Part shown: one piece after another, positions 8,490 through 17,279 of the stretch | How positions within the stretch are numbered: the first letter of the stretch is position 1 | Layout: every line of letters starts with the position of its first letter | From: Desulfobacterales bacterium | Lineage (GTDB): Bacteria; Desulfobacterota; DSM-4660; Desulfatiglandales; Desulfatiglandaceae | Length of the DNA stretch: 41,146 nt | Direction of reading: 5' to 3' | NCBI GenBank assembly: GCA_027024445.1 | Contig: JALVSJ010000202.1 | Coordinates: 1-41,146, forward strand | The notes under the pieces: model-generated | Told to the model about the DNA's origin: nothing | Seen by the model: the letters and a program-made list of their open reading frames with translations, nothing else | Databases searched by the model: none | Translations under genes and position numbers: made by a program

Positions 8490-9071
8490 CTATTTGGCGC
8501 CCTCCAATTGCCAAGAGTCAATCTTTGTATATCTGGCCCCGTCAGGCCGCAGTTCACTCCTGAACAAGGTTAGCTCATGCAATGTATGGATAGGACTGCT
8601 GAGCTCAGCATGTTTGTCCAGCACGGCCTTGAGACGCTCGCCTCCCTTTGCCCCTTTCCTGAATCTCCCAAGGGTCAGGTGAGGCCGAAACGGCCTTTTT
8701 TCCTGCCTTATCCCAAACCGTGCGATGCGTTTGGAAATAGCGTCGCGAAAAAAACCCATCCTTTCAACATCCCCGGTAAGCCCCAGCCACAATACCCGGG
8801 GGCTCTTGAGTCCCCCAAATACACCCATACCTTTCAGCCTGATCTGGAATTGACCGTATTTCAGGCACACCCTGTTCACCTCTTCCCCCAGGGGCCCCAG
8901 CTCATCCCGGGCTACGTTACCCAAGAAGACCACGGTGAGATGGACATTTGCAGGCCTCACCCACTTTACGTCCAGGGGGCTTCCCGCAAGCTCCTGATGC
9001 ACTCTCCTCACAGTCTCCTTGATCTCTCCGGGCAGTTCAAACGCCAGGAAGGAACGGATCGCCTCTGACAT
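8490..9071 (-). CDS. thpR: RNA 2',3'-cyclic phosphodiesterase (2H phosphoesterase, LigT/ThpR)
   Basis: 193 aa with two HxT motifs (HLTVVFLG and HLTLGRF) at the typical spacing. Its only upstream start codon overlaps the cinA 3' end by 35 nt. Confidence 0.85.
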   Translation of the reverse strand: MSEAIRSFLAFELPGEIKETVRRVHQELAGSPLDVKWVRPANVHLTVVFLGNVARDELGPLGEEVNRVCLKYGQFQIRLKGMGVFGGLKSPRVLWLGLTGDVERMGFFRDAISKRIARFGIRQEKRPFRPHLTLGRFRKGAKGGERLKAVLDKHAELSSPIHTLHELTLFRSELRPDGARYTKIDSWQLEGAK

Positions 9072-10296
9072 ATCTCCTTATCCAGTCTAAAGCCATCGTG
9101 GCACTTTGTAGCTTTATCTGCCCCCTGCCACCCCAGAACCGGTATTGACGGCTGAACACCTCCCCTCCAGCGGCCAGGCCGATAAAGACTGTCCCCACAG
9201 GTTTCTCTTCTGTCCCGCTACTGGGCCCTGCTATGCCTGTCACAGCAATACCCAGGTCTGATTCCAGGGCCCGCCTGACTCCCAGGGCCATCTGCCTTGC
9301 AGTAGGATCACTTACTGCTCCGTGATGAGACAGGGTGTCCTCTTTAACGCCAAGCAACTTCACCTTGGCCCTGTTACTGTAACAGATAATCCCCCCCTGG
9401 AAATAATCGCTGCTGCCGGCAACACCGGTGATTCTGTGCCCGATAAGCCCACCGGTGCAGGACTCGGCCACTGCCACCTTCAATCCTGCCTCGCGGAGCA
9501 GCGTGCCCACCACCTCTTCCAGTGTCTCTTCGCCCCTGGCAAATATATAGGGCCCCAGCAACTCGCTTATCTCTTTGTCCACCCTTTCCAGTTCGCCCGT
9601 AACGGAGACCTGATCCTCGCCTTTAAGGCTCAGGGTGATGTGAATTTCAGGGAAATGGAGATAGAAGCCCACCAGGACGTGGCCTGTCTTATCTTCGATC
9701 TGTTTGAATATTTCGGAAAGGTCAGGTTCTCTCAATCCAAAAACCTTTATTATCCTAGTATGGATCGCCTCAGTAGGCCAGAGACTGAGCAGCTCAGGTA
9801 TCACCACCCTGTCCAGGAGATACCTCATTTGCTCCGGTACCCCAGGGAGAAAATACAGCCTGATACCCTTTTCCACCAAGCAGAAGCCGCACGCATGGCC
9901 TTCGGGGCTCAGGATCCGTGCCCCGTCGGGCATCCACGCCATCTTCTCAAGGGAAGGGGTAAGATCGACCCCCATATCTTTTACGTGCTTCTGTATGAGG
10001 CGGAACATGTCCCTGTCGAGGCACAGGGGGCGCTGGAGGGCCTTGGCCACGATCTCACTTGTCCTGTCATCTTCCGTTGACCCCAATCCCCCTGTGACTA
10101 TTACAAAGCGAGACTCCCCGATGGCCCTATTGAGAGCTTCTGCGACCATGGGATAATTGTCTCCCACTGACGTTATCCTCTTAACTTTCAGACCGCAGGC
10201 CGTGAGGCGACCCGCAGCGTATCGGGCATTGAGATTAAGGGTGCGACCCGAGGTCAGCTCGTCGCCTATGGTTATTATTTCGCCGTACATACTCAC
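9037..10296 (-). CDS. cinA: CinA family protein (MoCF-binding-like domain plus nicotinamide-nucleotide amidohydrolase PncC-like domain)
   Basis: 419 aa. The N-terminus reads IITIGDELTSGRTLNLNA and the C-terminal CinA domain reads AVAESCTGGL...TGIAGP. It shows the classic cinA-recA linkage. Confidence 0.9.
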   Translation of the reverse strand: MSMYGEIITIGDELTSGRTLNLNARYAAGRLTACGLKVKRITSVGDNYPMVAEALNRAIGESRFVIVTGGLGSTEDDRTSEIVAKALQRPLCLDRDMFRLIQKHVKDMGVDLTPSLEKMAWMPDGARILSPEGHACGFCLVEKGIRLYFLPGVPEQMRYLLDRVVIPELLSLWPTEAIHTRIIKVFGLREPDLSEIFKQIEDKTGHVLVGFYLHFPEIHITLSLKGEDQVSVTGELERVDKEISELLGPYIFARGEETLEEVVGTLLREAGLKVAVAESCTGGLIGHRITGVAGSSDYFQGGIICYSNRAKVKLLGVKEDTLSHHGAVSDPTARQMALGVRRALESDLGIAVTGIAGPSSGTEEKPVGTVFIGLAAGGEVFSRQYRFWGGRGQIKLQSATMALDWIRRYVRGDPFLPGV

Positions 10297-10493
10297 AAAT
10301 AGGAGCTATATCTATCCAAAATCGGCCATTCGCAAATGCCCCAGAAACGGGGTATAAAATGGGCCAAAGGCTCAAGGTGCAAGGAGCAAGGCAAAAGGTC
10401 TTCTCGGTCTATTTTCATCGTGCCTTGGCTTTAGGCCCAAAGCCTTATGCCTGGGGCCGTTTATGTGCCTTTTTCCTGGCAAATTTTATCCAG

Positions 10494-11012
10494 TTAGACA
10501 GCCTGCCCTAGAACTAGAATAGCTTTCACAAGAAGAAATGCCAAAATTCCCGCTATCAGATCATCTAGTACTATTCCCACCCCCCCCCGTACCTTCCGTT
10601 CAATCTGCCGTATGGGGAATGGTTTTAATATATCAAAGAGCCTAAAAAAAATGAACACTAACCCAAGACTTACCACAGATTGCGGGAGCAGAAGAACCGC
10701 CAAAAGGTACCCCGCTACTTCATCAATGACAACTACTGAAGGATCTTCTTGTTTTAGTGTAGAGGCAGAGACCGAAGAGCTTATTATTGCCAAGCCTGTG
10801 AAGCTCGCAACTATGAGGCCTCGCCACAGTATCGGAAGGTAACCCAGGAAGAATGCCGGAACGACTGCAGCCGCCGTACCGAATGTGCCCGGAGCACCGG
10901 GGACAAGCCCACAAAAAAACCACGAAGATATTGTCAAAGAGACCTTTTCGACGGCATTGGCTCCTCCGAACGCATTCCAAAAACTATGTCCCCCTCGCTC
11001 CTCTATCATCAC
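10494..11012 (-). CDS. pgpA: Phosphatidylglycerophosphatase A
   Basis: 172 aa, polytopic. PgpA signatures are present: GTFGTAAAV, VIDEVAG, FRLFDILKPFPI. Its start overlaps the larC stop by 4 nt. Confidence 0.85.
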   Translation of the reverse strand: MMIEERGGHSFWNAFGGANAVEKVSLTISSWFFCGLVPGAPGTFGTAAAVVPAFFLGYLPILWRGLIVASFTGLAIISSSVSASTLKQEDPSVVVIDEVAGYLLAVLLLPQSVVSLGLVFIFFRLFDILKPFPIRQIERKVRGGVGIVLDDLIAGILAFLLVKAILVLGQAV

Positions 11013-12196
11013 TTTGAATCATCTATTTCTGCCGCTTTACTGTGGACCCACGCGTACACCTCTTTCAAGGCAATGTTGTGTCCTCTGGCAATTCTTTTAC
11101 ACTCTTCGTATTCGGGGACAAAGACCACGCTTCCATCCTTCTCCACGGCTTTGACCCTCACTTTACCCCATGGGCTATCGAGAATCTGGGTATACCTATG
11201 TGCAATCCAGCGCTGTTCGAATCTAACTCGCACCCCCAGCGTGGTGGTTTCTTCAAATGCGATCTGGCACAATTTTCGGAGCTCGTGTGGTAACCCAATG
11301 ATCTGTACCTGAACACCCGGACGATTTTTTTTCATCTGAGCGGGGAAAAAGGCCACATCAAGTGCACCCTCTTCCAGAAGACGCTCCATGAGGTAGCCCA
11401 AGAACTCGGGACTGCTGTCATCTATATTTGTTTCAATTATTCCTATGACATCTGAGTCCATGTTCTTTTCATCATGGCGCTCCCCAATAATGATACGCAC
11501 AACATTGGGTCTGCCAGTAAGATCTCTCGATCCCGCCCCATAGCCAACACCCAGGATCTTCATTGCGGGCAGGCCCCCGAATTTTTCCACAACCTCCGTC
11601 AGTAGCGCAGCTCCAGTGGGGGTGACCATTTCAGTCTGAATGCCTGAATCATAAACTGGTACCCCCTTTAAGAGCTCCATAGTAGCAGGAGCAGGCAATG
11701 GCAGATTGCCGTGCTCTGTGACAACGAATCCTGATCCAAGGGGCAGCGCAGAGGCAAATACCTTCTCGATGCCCAGTATTCTCAAGCCCATTAGAACTCC
11801 CACGATGTCCACTATGGAATCCACACCCCCTACTTCGTGAAAGTGCACTTCCTCCACAGGGCACTCATGAATACTTGCCTCCACTTCTGCGAGGCGTTGA
11901 AATACATCTATGGAGCGGCTTTTGAGCTCATCAGGCAAGCTCGAATCATGAATGATTTTCTTGATATCGGACAATCGCCGAAGGGTCTGCTGTTTTTGAG
12001 ATGGCTCAATAATTATCTGCGTTGCTGATATCCGGCTCTTGAGAACCCTATTTATCTTTATACTGCACTCTTGTGCGAGACCCAGGGAGGAGATCATATC
12101 TTGTAATTTCTCGAGCTCCATTCCGGCATCAAGCAGAGCCCCCAAAAGCATATCGCCGCTTGCGCCGGAAAAGCAGTCGAAATACGCAACCTTCAT
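11009..12196 (-). CDS. larC: Nickel-pincer cofactor biosynthesis (nickel insertion) protein LarC (DUF111)
   Basis: 395 aa. The N-terminal signature is YFDCFSGASGDMLLGALLDAG, with HFHEVGGVDSIVDIVG further in. No larB or larE is present in the window. Confidence 0.85.
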   Translation of the reverse strand: MKVAYFDCFSGASGDMLLGALLDAGMELEKLQDMISSLGLAQECSIKINRVLKSRISATQIIIEPSQKQQTLRRLSDIKKIIHDSSLPDELKSRSIDVFQRLAEVEASIHECPVEEVHFHEVGGVDSIVDIVGVLMGLRILGIEKVFASALPLGSGFVVTEHGNLPLPAPATMELLKGVPVYDSGIQTEMVTPTGAALLTEVVEKFGGLPAMKILGVGYGAGSRDLTGRPNVVRIIIGERHDEKNMDSDVIGIIETNIDDSSPEFLGYLMERLLEEGALDVAFFPAQMKKNRPGVQVQIIGLPHELRKLCQIAFEETTTLGVRVRFEQRWIAHRYTQILDSPWGKVRVKAVEKDGSVVFVPEYEECKRIARGHNIALKEVYAWVHSKAAEIDDSK

Positions 12197-12211
12197 TTAT
12201 CCCTCCTGGTC

Positions 12212-12254
12212 TAAAAATGCCAAAGCAGCCCTGCTGATGGCAAGGCTGCTTTGG
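12212..12254 (-). terminator. Rho-independent terminator-like hairpin downstream of the Fe-S/CCG gene
   Basis: A perfect 11-bp stem, ccaaagcagcc (12220-12230) with ggctgctttgg (12244-12254), closes a 13-nt loop. On the minus strand the hairpin is followed by CATTTTTAG. It ends about 15 nt before the larC RBS and ATG. Confidence 0.6.
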
Positions 12255-12296
12255 TAAGGAGCAGTTGGGGCAGGGGACGAGTGAAGCCGCCCCACA

Positions 12297-13445
12297 CTAC
12301 AAGGCCTCTGCTAGAAGCTCTGAAATATCTTTCACTTGGATAACATCGTCCTTATTGGTTGTCTTGCGGCTGTCCTCCAGCATGGAAATACAATAGGGGC
12401 ATGCCGTGGCAAGGATTTGAGCGCCGGTATCGCATGCCTCTAATATCCTCAGGTCAGAGAACCTCCACTCGGGTTTTGTTTCCATCCAGATCCTGGCTCC
12501 ACCACCACCACAGCAAAGGCTTTCTTTGCGGATCCGCTCCATCTCTACGAGATTACCGCCTGAGACGGCAGAAAGCAACTGTCTCGGCTCGTCATATATC
12601 TCGCTGTGTCGGCCAAGGTAGCAGGGGTCATGGTATGTCACTTTTTGATCAAGGGTTTTGTTGAGCTTAAGCTTTCCCTCCTTCAATAGATCCGTAAGGA
12701 GCTTTGTATAGTGAACCACCTCGAACTCGCCGCCCAGTTCCGGATACTCTTTTGTAAACGTATAATAGCAGTGGGGCGAGGTGGTGATAATCTTCTTTAC
12801 TCCTTTGTCATTGTATAGCTGAATGTTTTTCTGTGCTATATTCATGAAAAGCTCTTCATCGCCTATTTTGCGAATGGACTCCGCGCAGCAGCTTTCCTCT
12901 TCGCCGATTACACCAAAACTGATCCCGGCTGCCTTAAGCACCTTGACGATGGATCGAGCAATATTTCGGCTCGTCTGGGCATAGGCAGAGGTACAGCAAA
13001 CAAAAAGGAAATATTCAGTATCTTCCCCAAAGACCGGAACCTCTTGGCCCTCCATCCATTCTGTTCGTTTCTCCCTTGGCTCAGACCAAGGATTTCCCTG
13101 GCTGTGCACGCTGCCTGTGGCTGTCCTCAACACCCCCGGGATTGCCCCTGTCTCGGCAATCATGGCACGCATAGCCCTTACCACGTCTATGATGGTGACC
13201 CCTCTTGGGCACTTAAGCACGCACTTATTACACGTGGTACATCCGTAAAGAATGTCATCCGATTCATAGCCCTCTACTCCGAGCTGGGCCATACGAATCA
13301 GGCGCCTCACGTTAAAGGGCCCATTAACTATACGCCACGGGCAGGAGCCCGCGCACATTCCGCACTGCATGCACAGATTCAGCTTTTCTGCACCCATGGC
13401 CACCAGGGCCTCGTTCACTTCATAGAATGGGGTTAGTGCTTCCAT
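12297..13445 (-). CDS. (Fe-S)-binding protein, HdrD/GlpC-like (4Fe-4S dicluster domain plus two CCG cysteine-rich domains)
   Basis: The ORF track starts at 13511. The ATG at 13445 (MEALTPFYE...) follows a GGAGAA RBS and is preferred. Motifs include CMQCGMCAGSCP, CTTCNKCVLKCP, CCAES and CCGGGG. Confidence 0.8.
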   Translation of the reverse strand: MEALTPFYEVNEALVAMGAEKLNLCMQCGMCAGSCPWRIVNGPFNVRRLIRMAQLGVEGYESDDILYGCTTCNKCVLKCPRGVTIIDVVRAMRAMIAETGAIPGVLRTATGSVHSQGNPWSEPREKRTEWMEGQEVPVFGEDTEYFLFVCCTSAYAQTSRNIARSIVKVLKAAGISFGVIGEEESCCAESIRKIGDEELFMNIAQKNIQLYNDKGVKKIITTSPHCYYTFTKEYPELGGEFEVVHYTKLLTDLLKEGKLKLNKTLDQKVTYHDPCYLGRHSEIYDEPRQLLSAVSGGNLVEMERIRKESLCCGGGGARIWMETKPEWRFSDLRILEACDTGAQILATACPYCISMLEDSRKTTNKDDVIQVKDISELLAEAL

Positions 13446-13621
13446 GTTCTCTGTTCTCCTTTCGAGCGCAAATTTGATGAACTCGCAAAAAACTATCAAT
13501 CTAGACGGCATAGATGGACTTTTTGTGAAGCCGTCAAATGTGATTTCTGTAACAAAGTTCCCATCCCTATGTCAACCATGAACCGTACGTGTACCGGCTT
13601 TCTTCCAACCCAATTCTGGGC

Positions 13622-14590
13622 TCAATCAAATGGGCGCTCACGTGTAAAATCTGGCACAAATTTGGGCCTCTCATGTAAACCAGGCTTTGCTTGATCCGGG
13701 AACTGCACAAATAGATTCTCAAATCCCAGATCCACAGCGTGTTTCAAGACCCTGTCAAATTCTTCTTTCGCTAGAGTCCTATTTAAAGACTCTTCTCTTT
13801 GGCGCCTCACGGGATAGTACTGGCTCATTAGGCTTAATGGCAGCCTGGGCCCGAATTCGACCCTCAACATTGTAAGAGCGGTGTACGAGTTATCCGTATG
13901 CCCTGGAAGGATAAGATGCCTGACGAGAACTCCCTTTTTGGCTAGGGGGGGATTTGTATCGGAAGTACTCAAGTACCCTTTCTGTCGCAACATCTCATCC
14001 AGTGCGGCAAGTGCCACCTCTGGGTAGCTCGGACAAGCGGAGAGTTTTTTGGCAAGCTCGGAATCAGCGTATTTGAAATCAGGAAGATAAATATCCACTA
14101 GATCTTCCCCCATCCTGAGCATCTCTACCGACTGGTATCCCGAGCAATTAATCACTACAGGGATACCTCTGCCAAAGGACTTGAGGAGGCAGATGGTATG
14201 GAGAACGTGAGGATAAAAGTGATCAGGTGTTACGAAGTTTATATTGTGGACCCTTTGCATGTTGCACATTTCTTCTATTTTTTTGGCCAGCTCATAAGCG
14301 GATATGGTCTTACCCAAGCCCTCGTGAGAAATTTGATAGTTCTGACAATAGCAACAACGCAGGCTGCACCCTGTTAGAAAAACCGTGCCAGAGCCCCGCG
14401 TCCCTGCTATTGGAGGCTCTTCACCCCTGTGGGGCCCGACATAGGCTACTTTGATTATCCCCTCTTGCTTACAAAACCCTTTTCGCCCATCAAGTTCGCT
14501 GCCACCAATTCGGTCCACCCCGCAAACCCTTGGACAGAGCCGACAGTTTCTGAGCAATTCATAGGCATCTTGTAAGAATGCTGGTATCAT
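13622..14590 (-). CDS. Radical SAM protein, PflX-like (pyruvate formate-lyase activase-related)
   Basis: 322 aa. It has a CX3CX2C motif (CSLRCCYCQNYQIS), preceded by HRGEEPPIAGTRGSGTVF and an N-terminal CRLCPRVC cluster motif. Confidence 0.8.
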   Translation of the reverse strand: MIPAFLQDAYELLRNCRLCPRVCGVDRIGGSELDGRKGFCKQEGIIKVAYVGPHRGEEPPIAGTRGSGTVFLTGCSLRCCYCQNYQISHEGLGKTISAYELAKKIEEMCNMQRVHNINFVTPDHFYPHVLHTICLLKSFGRGIPVVINCSGYQSVEMLRMGEDLVDIYLPDFKYADSELAKKLSACPSYPEVALAALDEMLRQKGYLSTSDTNPPLAKKGVLVRHLILPGHTDNSYTALTMLRVEFGPRLPLSLMSQYYPVRRQREESLNRTLAKEEFDRVLKHAVDLGFENLFVQFPDQAKPGLHERPKFVPDFTRERPFD

Positions 14591-14942
14591 AGCTATCCGG
14601 GAATTCCTTACACGAGGCAGTATTTGGACACTGCTTTTCTACGATCATATTAGTATAATATCTAGGTGCAGTGGTGTCCAAGATGGATCTGGATCTAGAA
14701 ATTCGAATCTAGAAAATTAAGCTTTTTGTTGGGGTCTATTTTTGCAGGAAAACACCTGCCTGTTATTCAAAGTCCGGTTGTAGAAAGGCGTTCACCATTA
14801 TATTATTGACATATCAACTAACTAAGGGTAGATATAAGAATTTTGGCTGGCTATGGGGCAATTTAGCCAGTAAACTTCAGAGCCGTTTTTGTTTGGACTG
14901 CCAAAAGGTTTCAAGATCACTTGCTTGCAAGGAGAGGGTACC

Positions 14943-15326
14943 ATGAAAGAACGACTGGCACCCAAAGCTGAGACTGCCCCTTGGGGGATCTTAACCAGTC
15001 TTGACATATATGATTGCAACCCCAAGACCATTCGCGATGCTGATGAAATCCGACGCTATGTTGTAGAACTATGTGATCTCATCGGCATGCGTCGATTCGG
15101 GCCATGCCAGGTTGTGCATTTTGGCGAGGACGAAAGGGTAGCGGGATATTCTATGATTCAGCTCATTGAAACCTCTCTCATAAGCGGGCATTTTGCCAAC
15201 CTTACCAATGCAGCTTACATTGATATATTCAGCTGCAAGCCCTATGATCCAGAGCAAGTTGCCGAGTTTACAAAGCAATTTTTTCAGGGCAAGTCTATAG
15301 CTATTCATGTAACAAGAAGAATGTAA
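14943..15326 (+). CDS. S-adenosylmethionine decarboxylase family (small SpeH/AdoMet_dc-type pyruvoyl enzyme) protein
   Basis: The ATG at 14943 follows GGAGAGGG, whereas the track ORF starts earlier at 14889. The segment DIYDCNP...MIQLIETSLISGHFAN...IDIFSCKPYDP matches the pattern of small AdoMetDC proenzymes (..ESHISIHTWPE..DVFTCG..), but with Thr-Ser at the expected cleavage position. Confidence 0.6.
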   Translation: MKERLAPKAETAPWGILTSLDIYDCNPKTIRDADEIRRYVVELCDLIGMRRFGPCQVVHFGEDERVAGYSMIQLIETSLISGHFANLTNAAYIDIFSCKPYDPEQVAEFTKQFFQGKSIAIHVTRRM

Positions 15327-15357
15327 TAATCATTCTCGCGCAACAATTCGTCCTCAG

Positions 15358-16038
15358 ATGCCATCGAAAGCCACCGAAAAGGGGTCTTTGCCTCACCGAC
15401 CGGGCAAAACAGCAGGCATTATATTGGCCGCTGGTGAAAGCAAAAGGATGGGCAGGCCCAAGCAACTCCTTCCAGTAGGAGGACTTCCTCTGATTTGCCG
15501 GATTCTTGGCGAGGCCCTGTCGTCAAACCTTGATTTTGTCGTGGTGGTCCTTGGCTGCCGGGCAGAGGAAATTAAGAAGGTCCTGATTCAGGAATACCCC
15601 CAGGAAAAATACCGAATCATTTACAACCCCAAATATCCCGAGGGGATGGCCTCCTCTATCCGAGCCGGGATAAAGGAGGTCAAGGGCACGTATGATCATG
15701 CCATGATCATTCTAGCTGATATGGTCCATATTGATGCTGCCCTGATCAATCATCTCTTGAAGGATTATCTCTCATCTGGCAGGCCCATCGGCGCCATAAC
15801 AGTTGAAGGCAGGAGGTCCCATCCCGTAATCTTCAGCAAGACCGTATATCCCGAACTTCTCTCCATTCGAGGAGACAAGGGAGGCAGAGACCTTTTCCAG
15901 CCTTACGAAGGCAAAATCTGCCTGGTATCTGCACCTGCCAAGTACAGAGAAGTGGATTTAGATACACCCGAAGACTATGAACATTTAGTATCTGAGCGTT
16001 ATTCGGTCACTTTACCTTCTCCTGCGCCAAAAAGGTGA
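15358..16038 (+). CDS. MobA/MocA-like nucleotidyltransferase family protein
   Basis: 226 aa. The N-terminal NTP-transferase motif is GIILAAGESKRMGRPKQLLPVGG, and later segments read MASSIRAG..ADMVHI. Confidence 0.75.
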   Translation: MPSKATEKGSLPHRPGKTAGIILAAGESKRMGRPKQLLPVGGLPLICRILGEALSSNLDFVVVVLGCRAEEIKKVLIQEYPQEKYRIIYNPKYPEGMASSIRAGIKEVKGTYDHAMIILADMVHIDAALINHLLKDYLSSGRPIGAITVEGRRSHPVIFSKTVYPELLSIRGDKGGRDLFQPYEGKICLVSAPAKYREVDLDTPEDYEHLVSERYSVTLPSPAPKR

Positions 16039-16156
16039 CACCGAGTATTTCCACGCCTAGTCCGCAGGGCCCTCGATTTTAGAGATAAAAACTTAACATG
16101 CTGGCTTCACTGTAAGTATTTCATATTTTTCAACGCATTCTCTTGGTCACTTTGCC

Positions 16157-16171
16157 TGGCACAAATCTTGA
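16157..16171 (+). promoter_or_regulatory. Weak sigma54-like -24/-12 element upstream of pilT
   Basis: The sequence is TGGCAC-aaatc-TTGAT, against the consensus TGGCAC-N5-TTGCW. The -12 GC reads GA. It lies about 50 nt upstream of the pilT TTG start. No enhancer-binding protein is seen in the window. Confidence 0.3.
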
Positions 16172-16220
16172 TAATTAATAAAACTGCCAGAGTCTCTCTT
16201 ACGGTGCAGGAGGAAGCAGG

Positions 16221-17258
16221 TTGGCCAAAATAGATGTGCTATTGAAGCTCATGGTTGAATATGGGGCCTCTGATCTGCATATTTCGGCAGGCGAGCCTCC
16301 CATTTTGCGGATAAACGGCTATCTCCAGCGGACCAAATACCACGACCTTAGTCCCGAGGAGGTGGAGGTCCTCCTCATGGAGATCTTGGATGAAGACCAT
16401 CTCTCACTTTTCAAGAAACGCAAGGATATTGATTTTGCATATGAACTGGAAGGAATTGGTCGATTTCGTGCAAATGTATTCATGGAACGCAAGGGCTTTG
16501 GTGGCGCGTTTCGATTGGTCCCAAGCAAGATCAGGACCCTCCGTGAACTCGGCATTCCTGAGTCTGTCTACGGACTAGCCCGGATGAAAAACGGCCTAGT
16601 GCTTGTCACCGGCGCAACGGGGTCAGGCAAGTCCACCACCCTGGCGGCGATGCTTGATCTCATTAACAAAGAAAAAAATTACCACATCATTACCCTCGAA
16701 GATCCTATAGAGTTCATCCACCCGAAGGGCAAATGTCTCATCCAGCAGAGACAATTAGACGTTCATATGGAAAGTTTTTCCGCAGGTCTCAGAGCTGCCT
16801 TGAGGGAAGACCCGGATGTAGTGCTGGTGGGAGAGATGAGGGACCTGGAGACGATCCAGCTGGCCCTGACAGCAGCCGAAACTGGCCTTCTCGTTCTTGG
16901 AACACTGCACACCTCAAGCGCTCCAAAGACCGTGGACAGAATCATCGATGTATTTCCCACTACCCAGCAGCCCCAAATCAGGACCATGCTGTCCGAGTCG
17001 TTGCGAGGAGTTGTTGCTCAAAAATTGCTGAGAACTGCCGATGGAAAATCTAGGGTGGCAGCAGTTGAGGTCATGATATGTACGCCTGCCATCCAGAATT
17101 TGATCAGAGAAGCAAAGACTTATCAGATACCTTCTGTGATGCAGACAGGCCGAAACATGGGTATGCAAACAATGGAAGACCACATCAAGGCCCTAGTTGA
17201 AAAGGGCATAATAGATGAGGAGGAAGCGACACAGCACCTCCACAGGGTCGAGGCATAG
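16221..17258 (+). CDS. pilT: Type IV pilus retraction ATPase PilT
   Basis: 345 aa with a TTG start after GGAGGAAG. Motifs: ASDLHISAGEPPILRING, Walker A GATGSGKST, Asp box ITLEDPIEF, Walker B/His box LVGEMRD..GTLHT, and AIQNLIRE. Confidence 0.9.
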   Translation: MAKIDVLLKLMVEYGASDLHISAGEPPILRINGYLQRTKYHDLSPEEVEVLLMEILDEDHLSLFKKRKDIDFAYELEGIGRFRANVFMERKGFGGAFRLVPSKIRTLRELGIPESVYGLARMKNGLVLVTGATGSGKSTTLAAMLDLINKEKNYHIITLEDPIEFIHPKGKCLIQQRQLDVHMESFSAGLRAALREDPDVVLVGEMRDLETIQLALTAAETGLLVLGTLHTSSAPKTVDRIIDVFPTTQQPQIRTMLSESLRGVVAQKLLRTADGKSRVAAVEVMICTPAIQNLIREAKTYQIPSVMQTGRNMGMQTMEDHIKALVEKGIIDEEEATQHLHRVEA

Positions 17259-17279
17259 CCGCAAGGCCATCTGGCTGGT

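Noticed and set aside
9322-10080. 252-aa plus-strand ORF inside cinA (and 9704-10156)
   Set aside because: It is antisense to a well-supported cinA. It has no RBS and no recognisable domain, so it is a shadow ORF.
10297-10493. Possible small RNA or terminator in the pgpA-cinA spacer (ggcttt-aggccc-aaagcc hairpin, repeated caagg/gcaagg words)
   Set aside because: The hairpin is short and is not followed by a T-run on the transcribed (minus) strand. The region is more simply the promoter and 5' region of cinA-thpR-recA, and no recognisable motif could be supported.
13446-13511. N-terminal extension of the HdrD-like Fe-S protein
   Set aside because: The ATG at 13445 is preceded by GGAGAA at proper spacing. 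The extension (MPSRLIVFCEFIKF...) has no RBS and no similarity to the family.
13512-13621. Sigma70 promoter for the HdrD-like gene (TTGACA complement at 13570-13575)
   Set aside because: The best -10 at 17-nt spacing is TTACAG, which lacks the conserved A2 and T6. That is too weak to report as a feature.
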